From NCBI RefSeq assembly GCF_000940845.1, contig NZ_CP010341.1:1980001-2012000 (forward strand): a stretch of 32,000 nucleotides of DNA, given 5' to 3'. The translations under genes were made by a program, and so were the position numbers. This stretch comes from Propionibacterium freudenreichii subsp. freudenreichii (lineage in GTDB: Bacteria; Actinomycetota; Actinomycetes; Propionibacteriales; Propionibacteriaceae). The notes beneath the pieces are model-generated. The model saw nothing but the letters and a program-made list of their open reading frames with translations, was not told where the DNA came from and did not search any database. The stretch's first letter is position 1; each line of letters begins with the position of its first letter. Positions 26,148-32,000 of this stretch are shown piece after piece.

Positions 26148-26280
26148 GTGTCTGGGTCCCGCGGACGCGCGTAGTGGTGTCGTGCGGGTGCGGCGAAGGC
26201 GTCCGGTGCCGGCATGATGGCCCACGGGCAGGGCCGACCCGGGCGCCCCGGGGATGCCGCGAGCGGCAGCCTGCAGGGGC

Positions 26281-26781
26281 TCAGCCGGCGGCGGTGATCA
26301 GAGCAGTCGCCACGGCGGCGACACCCTCGCCACGGCCGGTGAACCCGAGTCCGTCGGTGGTGGTGGCGCTGACCCCCACCGGCGCACCCAGCGCCTGCGA
26401 GAGCACGGCGGCTGCCTCCTCGCGACGCGAGGCCATCCGGGGACGCTGGCCGATCACCTGCACGGCGGCATTGGCCGGCGCCCAGCCCGCCGCGCGGAGG
26501 CGCCGGGCGGTCTCGACGACGAAGGCAACACCGCTCGCACCAGCCCACTGGGGGTCGGCCGTGCCGAAGTTGGAACCCATGTCCCCCAGTCCCGCAGCGG
26601 ACAACAGGGCGTCGCACAGCGCATGCGCCGCCACGTCACCGTCGGAGTGTCCGCTGAGGCCGGCCGGCTCATCGGGGAAGAACAGGCCTGCACAGTGCAT
26701 GGGCACGCCGGCCACCAGGGCATGCACATCGGTTCCGATGCCGGTGCGGATCGACGTCGCGCCGGGAGGCATCGGGCTCAC
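26281..26781 (-). CDS. ispF: 2-C-methyl-D-erythritol 2,4-cyclodiphosphate synthase
   Basis: [12 protein letters not shown]...[17 protein letters not shown]...[18 protein letters not shown] 26781 overlaps the ispD stop (GTGA); ATG 26772 is an alternative start. Confidence 0.95.
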   Translation of the reverse strand: MSPMPPGATSIRTGIGTDVHALVAGVPMHCAGLFFPDEPAGLSGHSDGDVAAHALCDALLSAAGLGDMGSNFGTADPQWAGASGVAFVVETARRLRAAGWAPANAAVQVIGQRPRMASRREEAAAVLSQALGAPVGVSATTTDGLGFTGRGEGVAAVATALITAAG

Positions 26782-27542
26782 GCCAGGCCCGCCTGCAGCA
26801 GCGCTTCGGCGAACAGGAAGTCATGGGGACGGGTGATTTTCATCGACAACACCGAACCCTCGACCAGGGCCACCTCGGAGCCCTGCGCCTCGCACACCGA
26901 GGCATCATCGGTGAACAGCGTGTCGGCCGGTAGGTGGTCGTAGGCATCGATGAGGGTGGCCCCGTCGAAGCCCTGGGGCGTCTGCACGGCGCGCAGCCCG
27001 GAGCGGTCGACCACACGGCTGCCATGGGGTTCCACGGCCCTGACCGAGTCGATCAGCGAGATCACCGGGATGACGGTGGACGAACCACCGCGCACCGCCG
27101 CGATCACGCGGGAGACCACCTCGGCGGGCACCAGCGGACGCGCCGCGTCATGCACCAGGATCACCGGCGGCACCCCCTCGAGCACACGCAGGCCATTGCG
27201 CACCGAGTCGGTGCGCGTGGCACCGCCATCGGTAAAGGTGATGGGTACGTCGATTCCGGCCAGGGTGGCACGCATCTGCTCGCGGAACTCAGGGCGGGAG
27301 ACGACCACGACGCGGTCCACTCCCCCGGCGACGAGCCGATCGATGCTGTGGCGCAACAGGGGCACCCCGGACAGCTTGCGCAATGCCTTGGGGCCATGGC
27401 CGCCGGCGCTGGAATTGCCAAGACGAACGCCGGAGCCAGCAGCCACCACGATGGCGACCACCGGCTCCGGCGTGTCATGTTCTGTCACTCGACGGTTCGA
27501 GGGCAGGGCCCCACCGTCGGACATACGGGATTCTTCGGACAT
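26778..27542 (-). CDS. ispD: 2-C-methyl-D-erythritol 4-phosphate cytidylyltransferase
   Basis: [14 protein letters not shown]...[12 protein letters not shown]...VHDAARPLV. The start is uncertain: ATG 27542, ATG 27524 or GTG 27596, none with a clear SD. Confidence 0.9.
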   Translation of the reverse strand: MSEESRMSDGGALPSNRRVTEHDTPEPVVAIVVAAGSGVRLGNSSAGGHGPKALRKLSGVPLLRHSIDRLVAGGVDRVVVVSRPEFREQMRATLAGIDVPITFTDGGATRTDSVRNGLRVLEGVPPVILVHDAARPLVPAEVVSRVIAAVRGGSSTVIPVISLIDSVRAVEPHGSRVVDRSGLRAVQTPQGFDGATLIDAYDHLPADTLFTDDASVCEAQGSEVALVEGSVLSMKITRPHDFLFAEALLQAGLA

Positions 27543-27605
27543 GTCAATGTTCGTGCGGTCCGGGCGTCGATCACGAGCCGATCGTGCCGCGCGCACCGGC
27601 GCGGA

Positions 27606-28091
27606 TCAGGAAGCGAGCACCTCGTCGAGCATGACCTCGGCGCGCTCTTCCTCGACCTTCTCAGCAAGCGCGAGCTCACTGACCAGGATCTGACGGGCCT
27701 TGGCCAGCATGCGCTTCTCGCCGGCCGACAGGCCCCGCTCCTTCTCGCGGCGCCACAGGTCGCGGACGACCTCGGAGACCTTCATGACATCACCGGAGTG
27801 AAGCTTCTCAAGATTGGCCTTGTAGCGACGCGACCAGTTCGTCGGCTCTTCCGTATGGGGCGCACGCAGCACGCTGAAGACCTTCTCGAGGCCCTCCTCG
27901 TCGACCACGTCACGCACACCGACCAGGTCGAGGTTGCATGCAGGCACCCTCACCACCAGGTCAGTCTGACCGAGGATTCTCAGCACAAGGTAAAGCGTGT
28001 CCTCACCCTTGATCTTGCGGGTCTCGGTGTCCTCGATGACGGCCGCGCCATGGTTGGGGTAGACGACGGTCTCGCCGACAGTGAAAGTCAT
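27606..28091 (-). CDS. carD: RNA polymerase-binding transcription factor CarD
   Basis: ATG 28091 is preceded by [49 protein letters not shown]... matches the CarD N-terminal RID plus the C-terminal helical domain. Confidence 0.95.
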   Translation of the reverse strand: MTFTVGETVVYPNHGAAVIEDTETRKIKGEDTLYLVLRILGQTDLVVRVPACNLDLVGVRDVVDEEGLEKVFSVLRAPHTEEPTNWSRRYKANLEKLHSGDVMKVSEVVRDLWRREKERGLSAGEKRMLAKARQILVSELALAEKVEEERAEVMLDEVLAS

Positions 28092-28113
28092 ATATGCACC
28101 TCTCCTCCTTCTT

Positions 28114-28119
28114 ATTCTA
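28114..28119 (-). promoter_or_regulatory. Candidate extended -10 element of carD (TGG-TAGAAT)
   Basis: The minus strand reads gtggTAGAATaagaaggaggagaggtgcatatATG, in a locally AT-rich stretch. No convincing -35 is present. Confidence 0.35.
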
Positions 28120-28214
28120 CCACAGGCATTGCAAGGAAAGGCCATTGCCCCGGGATTTCGCCCGTCGCGAATCATCCGAAAGGCGTCGGACAATTCATGT
28201 TGTCATTTCAGAAA

Positions 28215-28232
28215 ACTGAAGGGGAGTTCAGT
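28215..28232 (-). terminator. Native regX3 terminator, now separated from the gene body by the IS
   Basis: Minus strand ACTGAA-ctcccc-TTCAGT followed by TTTCT. It starts at the TAA of the orphaned regX3 3' remnant. Confidence 0.5.
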
Positions 28233-28276
28233 TAGCCCATGAATTTGTAACCGAGTCCGCGCACCGTCACCAATGC
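28232..28276 (-). pseudogene. regX3: Orphaned 3' end of regX3 (last 14 codons plus stop)
   Basis: Minus-strand translation: gca ttg gtg acg gtg cgc gga ctc ggt tac aaa ttc atg ggc taa = ALVTVRGLGYKFMG*. This is the canonical OmpR/PhoB-family wing; M. tuberculosis RegX3 ends ...LVTVRGLGYKLEG. Confidence 0.85.
28269..28276. repeat. Target-site duplication, left copy (ACCAATGC)
   Basis: It is identical to 29716-29723. A ninth shared base (c at 28268 and 29715) makes the exact boundary ambiguous by 1 nt. Confidence 0.85.
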
Positions 28277-28301
28277 GGCTCATCCCAATCGGGGGTGTAG
28301 G
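28277..28301. repeat. IS terminal inverted repeat (transposase-distal end, overlaps the tnp stop)
   Basis: See the mobile_element entry. The transposase TGA is at 28280-28282, inside this IR. Confidence 0.75.
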
Positions 28302-29605
28302 AGTTGGGGTCTGAAGCCGCCGGTCTCGAGCAGGCTTCGGGCGATGTAGTTGGTCAGGTTGCGGAACCCGAGTGCGGAGCCGCGCAGGTGTTCGAGCCGT
28401 CCGTTGAGCGCCTCGGTCGGCCCGTTGCTGGTGCCGGGTCGTTCGAAGTAGGCGAGCACGTCAGCGGCTCGCTTCTTCAGGGTCCGGCCCAGGGTGGTGA
28501 GCTCGGTGAGCACCTTGGGGACGCCGGCGCTGAGGTCGGTGATCAGCTTCTCCATGAGCTCGCGGCCACGTTGCCGGTCCTCGTGGCGATAGGCGGCGAT
28601 CATGCGCTGGTAGACACCCCAGGTCGCCTCGACCTCGACGTGAGCGTCATCAACGAACAGCGCGCGTAGCCTGTCGCTCTGCTTGTCGGTGAGCAGGTCC
28701 GCGCCGGTGTGCAGCGTGCGCCGCGACTTGTAGAGCGGGTCGTCCCTGAACCCACGGTGCCCGTGGATCGCGAGTTGGACCCGGCGCCGGCACCTGTCGA
28801 GGGCGTCACCGGCCAGGCGCACGACGTGGAAGGGATCCATCACCGTGACCGCGTCCGGGATCTCCTCTGCAGCGGCGGTCTTGAACCCGGTGAAGCCGTC
28901 CATCGCGACCACCTCGACCGCGTCACGGAAGGCGTCGTCGCGGTCGGCGAGCCAGGTCTTGAACGCCGCCTTCGACCGGCCCTCGACCATGTCCAGCAGC
29001 CTTGCTGGGCCGGCGCCATCGCGGACCGGGGTGAGGTCGATGATCACGGTGACGTACTTGTCGCCACGCCTGGTGTGGCGCCAGACGTGCTCATCGACGC
29101 CAATGACCTTCACGCCCTCAAACCGCGTGGGGTCGTTGATCAGCAGCCGCTTGCCTTCAGCCAGGACCGCGTTGTTGGCGGTGTCCCACGCGACCCCGAG
29201 TCCCTCGGCGACACGGGCGACGGTGAGGTGTGCGACCACGATCCCTTCCAGCGCCCACCGCAGCCCGGTGCGCGAGAGCTTCGCGCGTGGCTCCGCCGCG
29301 GCGCTGGTGTCTTGGCGCCACACGTGTCCGCAGTCGGCACAGCGGTAGCGGCGCACTACAACTTCCAGCACGGTCGGTCGCCAGCCCAGCGGCTCGTGGG
29401 CCAACCGCCGGATCACGGTGTCACGAGCAGCGCCTTCGCTGCCGCACCGTCGGCACCACTGATCTGGTTCCACCACGCGGCACGCGAGGACCGCACGATC
29501 CGGTTCAAGTCGTTGTCCGGTCACGCTCAGACCGAGGCCGTCGAGTCGAGCGAAGGCGGTCAGGTCAGGGCGGCCGAAGCCGGCCGGCGGGGTAGCGTCG
29601 GACAC
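28280..29605 (-). CDS. ISL3-family transposase, 441 aa
   Basis: It has an N-terminal zinc-finger-like region, CRRCG...RYRCADCGHVW. The DDE region includes VIGVDEHVW, VVAMDGFTGF and NGPTEALNGRLEHLRG. The start is GTG 29605. Confidence 0.95.
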   Translation of the reverse strand: MSDATPPAGFGRPDLTAFARLDGLGLSVTGQRLEPDRAVLACRVVEPDQWCRRCGSEGAARDTVIRRLAHEPLGWRPTVLEVVVRRYRCADCGHVWRQDTSAAAEPRAKLSRTGLRWALEGIVVAHLTVARVAEGLGVAWDTANNAVLAEGKRLLINDPTRFEGVKVIGVDEHVWRHTRRGDKYVTVIIDLTPVRDGAGPARLLDMVEGRSKAAFKTWLADRDDAFRDAVEVVAMDGFTGFKTAAAEEIPDAVTVMDPFHVVRLAGDALDRCRRRVQLAIHGHRGFRDDPLYKSRRTLHTGADLLTDKQSDRLRALFVDDAHVEVEATWGVYQRMIAAYRHEDRQRGRELMEKLITDLSAGVPKVLTELTTLGRTLKKRAADVLAYFERPGTSNGPTEALNGRLEHLRGSALGFRNLTNYIARSLLETGGFRPQLLHPRLG

Positions 29606-29690
29606 GTCGAGGTCTTTCGGATGGATGGCGTAGGAACCTCCATCGTCGGGAGACCTCGACGTCTATCTGCGGACCGACGCGCCCGGCCGA

Positions 29691-29715
29691 CCTACACCCT
29701 CATCTGAGAAGACCC
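29691..29715. repeat. IS terminal inverted repeat (transposase-proximal end)
   Basis: The plus strand reads cctacaccctcatctgagaagaccc. It supplies the new GLLR* end of the truncated regX3. Confidence 0.75.
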
Positions 29716-30356
29716 ACCAATGCCGTCGGATGTGACGGATCGAGCTCGATCTTGGCGCGCAGGCGCTTGACGTGCACATCAAGGGTCTTCGTATCCCCCA
29801 CGTAATCAGATCCCCAGACCCGATCAATCAGTTGCTCCCGCGACATGACACGGCCGGAATTGCGCAACAGCAGCTCGAGCAGCTCGAATTCCTTCAGGGC
29901 CAGGCGCACCGGCTCGTCACGCACGGCCACCTCGTGGCGCTCCACGTCCATGCGCACATCGCCACTCTCGAGCACATCGGGCACCAGTTCCTCGGCACGC
30001 CCGCGGCGCAGCACGGCGCGGATGCGGGCCACCAGCTCACGCTGGCTGAACGGCTTGGTCACATAGTCGTCGGCGCCCAGCTCGAGGCCCACCACCTTGT
30101 CAACCTCGGAATCGCGGGCGGTCACCATGATCACCGGCACATCGCTGCGCTGCCGCAGCGCCTTGCACACCTCAATACCGGGTAACCCCGGCATCATGAG
30201 GTCAAGAAGCACCAGGTCGGCCCCATTGCGATCGAATTCGGCCAGGCCCTGCTCGCCGTCCGGCGCCGCCGCGACGGCGAACCCCTCCCGGTCAAGCATG
30301 AACGACATGGCGTCCCGATAGGACTCCTCGTCCTCAATGATCAGAATGCGACTCAC
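29700..30356 (-). CDS. regX3: OmpR/PhoB-family response regulator RegX3 (PhoP-like), C-terminally truncated by the IS
   Basis: GTG 30356 with GAGGAG upstream, 5 nt after the senX3 stop. VSRILIIEDEESYRDAMSFML...DLVLLDLMMPG...VPVIMVTARDSEVDKVVGLELGADDYVTKPF...GDTKTLDVHVKRLRAKIELDPSHPTALV is near-collinear with M. tuberculosis RegX3. The sequence then reads GLLR* from IS sequence instead of TVRGLGYKFMG*. Confidence 0.88.
   Translation of the reverse strand: MSRILIIEDEESYRDAMSFMLDREGFAVAAAPDGEQGLAEFDRNGADLVLLDLMMPGLPGIEVCKALRQRSDVPVIMVTARDSEVDKVVGLELGADDYVTKPFSQRELVARIRAVLRRGRAEELVPDVLESGDVRMDVERHEVAVRDEPVRLALKEFELLELLLRNSGRVMSREQLIDRVWGSDYVGDTKTLDVHVKRLRAKIELDPSHPTALVGLLR
29716..29723. repeat. 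Target-site duplication, right copy (ACCAATGC)
   Basis: Identical to 28269-28276. Confidence 0.85.
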
Positions 30357-30361
30357 AGTGC

Positions 30362-31549
30362 CTATTCTCCTCGCTCGCGACCGGCGGCGGATTGATCCTG
30401 GGGAACCGGGTCCGCCACCGGCCCGAGGTCCTCGGGCAGGCGGACGGTGAAAGTGGATCCCTGGCCCGGACGGCTCCACAGGCTGATCGAGCCACCATGG
30501 GCCGCCACGACGTGCTTCACAATCGACAGCCCCAGCCCGGTGCCACCATCGGCCCGGCTGCGCGCATAATCCACCCGATAGAAGCGCTCAAAGATCCGCT
30601 CCTGTTCCTCGGGGGCAATTCCGATTCCATTGTCGGTGACGGCGATCTCAACCCAGTGGTCGTCGGCCTGGGCGACGCGCCGCACCGTCACCGCGACGCG
30701 CGCACCACGATCGGAATAGGAGATCGCATTCGCCACCAGATTGGTGATGGCATTGGTCAGCTGGTCGAGGTCGCCGATCACCGTGAGCCCCTTGTCCCCG
30801 GTGACCGAGAACGAGACCTCATGGCCCACCAGCGCATCGTGGGTGCGGGAGGCCGCCTGGGCGACCACCTCATCCACCGACACCACATGGGCGCCCAGCA
30901 GCGGATCATCGGACTGCAGGCGCGACAGCTCGATGATCTGGCCCACCAGTTCGCCCAGACGCTTGCTCTCCACGCCCATCCGCCCCGCAAAGTGGCGCAC
31001 CGCCTCGGGATCGTCGGCGGCCGCCTGCAGGGTCTCGGCCAGCACCTGCATCGCACCCACCGGCGTCTTGAGCTCGTGGCTCACATTGGCCACCAGGTCA
31101 CGCTTGGATTCATCGGCGCGAAGCACGGCACTGTGGTCCTCGACGATCGCCAGCACGGCGTCGCGTTCCATGGGATGCACCCGGGCGGTGAGGATGCGTG
31201 CCGGACCGGCCAGGTCGGAGCCCAGTCGCACGTCATGCACCGACGCCTTGCCGCTCTCACGGGCCCGACGCACCTGGTCGAGCACCTGGTGGATGCCGAT
31301 GCGCCCCCCACGCACCAGGCCGAGGGTGCGGGCCGGCTCGTTGGCACAGACCACCTCGTCATGGGGCCCCACCACCACCGCGGGGGGACGCAGGGCGTCA
31401 ACGACGACGGCCACCTCGGGATCGACCACCGGCGGGCGTTCATGCATGCGCCGGCGCGCATTGAGGCCCCAGCTGATGACCGCGGCGAGGCCGGCACCGA
31501 GGAGTGCACCCAGCACAAGGCTGAGCAACACGGCGGGGACAAGGCTCAC
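30362..31549 (-). CDS. senX3: Sensor histidine kinase SenX3 (PhoR-like)
   Basis: ORF 30362..31651. It has an N-terminal TM segment, a PAS-like region, the H-box DLVANVSHELKTPVGAM, an N box (ITNLVANAISYS) and G boxes (DNGIGI, GGTGLGLSIV). I prefer GTG 31549 (VSLVPAVLLSL...). That start matches the M. tuberculosis SenX3 N-terminus, which begins at the TM segment, and avoids overlap with the PHO-box-like repeats. Alternatives are GTG 31651 and ATG 31642. Confidence 0.85.
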   Translation of the reverse strand: MSLVPAVLLSLVLGALLGAGLAAVISWGLNARRRMHERPPVVDPEVAVVVDALRPPAVVVGPHDEVVCANEPARTLGLVRGGRIGIHQVLDQVRRARESGKASVHDVRLGSDLAGPARILTARVHPMERDAVLAIVEDHSAVLRADESKRDLVANVSHELKTPVGAMQVLAETLQAAADDPEAVRHFAGRMGVESKRLGELVGQIIELSRLQSDDPLLGAHVVSVDEVVAQAASRTHDALVGHEVSFSVTGDKGLTVIGDLDQLTNAITNLVANAISYSDRGARVAVTVRRVAQADDHWVEIAVTDNGIGIAPEEQERIFERFYRVDYARSRADGGTGLGLSIVKHVVAAHGGSISLWSRPGQGSTFTVRLPEDLGPVADPVPQDQSAAGRERGE

Positions 31550-31556
31550 GGGGCCG

Positions 31557-31562
31557 ATTGTA
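31557..31562 (-). promoter_or_regulatory. Candidate -10 (TACAAT), 7 nt upstream of GTG 31549 (possible leaderless senX3 mRNA)
   Basis: The minus strand reads ccccTACAATcggccccGTG, and there is no SD sequence between the hexamer and the start codon. Confidence 0.35.
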
Positions 31563-31645
31563 GGGGAGCTGCCGGCCGTCGCCGACCGCCCACGGGGTCG
31601 GTGCCGCACCGCCGCGCCTGCGCCGGGCGGCGGGGGCCCCATGTC

Positions 31646-31678
31646 GTTCACCAGTTGTTCACATGGGCGTCACGCATC
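31646..31678. promoter_or_regulatory. PHO-box-like array: three 11-bp direct repeat units
   Basis: GTTCACcagtt / GTTCACatggg / cGTCACgcatc, starting at 31646, 31657 and 31668 (exact 11-bp phasing). A TANNNT hexamer (TAGCAT, 31706-31711) lies 27 nt downstream toward phoU. Confidence 0.55.
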
Positions 31679-31843
31679 CATGACCACCGCGACGCGCAGG
31701 CCCGTTAGCATCCTTGTCGAGGACTGTGCTGATCACCAGCCGCCGCGGTGGGTGACCGGCAGCGGTTCGATCAGTCACGGGACACCAGCGCCCCGGCGGG
31801 GCAACGAACCACGGGACGCGGAGCGCCCCAGCAGGGAGAACGA

Positions 31844-32000
31844 ATGCGCGAGTACTACCACTCAGAGCTGGACGAGGTGGTCCACCAACTGGTCACGATG
31901 TCGGATTCGGTGCAGATTGCCGTGCGTGACGCCACCACCGCCCTGCTCGACGCGAATGTGTCGGTGGCCGAGCGGGTGATCGCCGGCGACCTGCGCATCG
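31844..32000 (+). CDS. phoU: Phosphate transport system regulator PhoU (5' end only, runs off the window)
   Basis: My translation from ATG 31844 (AGGGAG upstream) gives MREYYHSELDEVVHQLVTMSDSVQIAVRDATTALLDANVSVAERVIAGDLRI, a typical PhoU N-terminus. The gene is divergent from senX3-regX3. Confidence 0.88.
   Translation, partial: MREYYHSELDEVVHQLVTMSDSVQIAVRDATTALLDANVSVAERVIAGDLRI

Larger units (their letters stand above)
28277..29715 (-). mobile_element. ISL3-family insertion sequence, 1439 bp, apparently intact
   Basis: It carries a single transposase ORF. The imperfect 25-bp terminal inverted repeats are GGCTCATCCCAATCGGGGGTGTAGG (left) and GGGTCTTCTCAGATGAGGGTGTAGG (reverse complement of the right end), matching at 18 of 25 positions. 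It is flanked by an 8-bp direct repeat, as expected for ISL3. Confidence 0.9.

Noticed and set aside
28293-28301. I first took GGGTGTAGG and its inverted copy at 29691-29699 to be the complete IS termini
   Set aside because: That would leave the transposase stop outside the element and give no flanking direct repeat. Extending outward gives 25-bp IRs that begin GGCTC/GGGTC and a clean 8-bp duplication, which also restores the regX3 frame.

Overview
GC-rich (about two-thirds G+C by eye) actinobacterial chromosome segment. Gene content and synteny look Propionibacteriaceae-like, but the taxon is inference only. I support about 26 protein genes, mostly housekeeping or metabolic. From left to right: a K+ channel (open at the left edge) with a small membrane protein; a macro-domain deacetylase; a DedA/VTT membrane protein; an M20 amidohydrolase; L-serine dehydratase; an orphan MsiK/UgpC-type ABC ATPase; cystathionine gamma-synthase; a kinase-fold/DUF4032-like protein; an acidic hypothetical; an lldP-lutABC lactate operon with a divergent LldR-type GntR regulator; cysS-rlmB; two tandem AnsP-type permeases plus asparaginase; glyA; ispF-ispD-carD; an ISL3-family IS; senX3-regX3; and the start of phoU. 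Many long ORFs in the supplied track are antisense shadows typical of high-GC DNA and are rejected. I found no CRISPR array, tRNA or rRNA gene, prophage, or recognisable defence or secretion system, and I do not claim a novel multi-gene system. The best-supported unusual observations are: (1) an intact ISL3 element with an 8-bp target duplication sits in the last codons of regX3 and removes the DNA-binding wing; (2) three 11-bp GTTCAC direct repeats (PHO-box-like) lie in the phoU/senX3 intergenic region; (3) a likely ~8.8-kb inversion breaks the conserved carD-ispD-ispF-cysS-rlmB order; (4) an LldR-type palindrome sits exactly in the spacer of a good -35/-10 pair for lldP; (5) the ansP gene is tandemly duplicated together with its leader; and (6) there are several short tandem repeats and an unusual basic, His-rich tail on the LldR-like regulator. 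All domain and family calls come from by-eye motif and sequence recognition, with no searches run.
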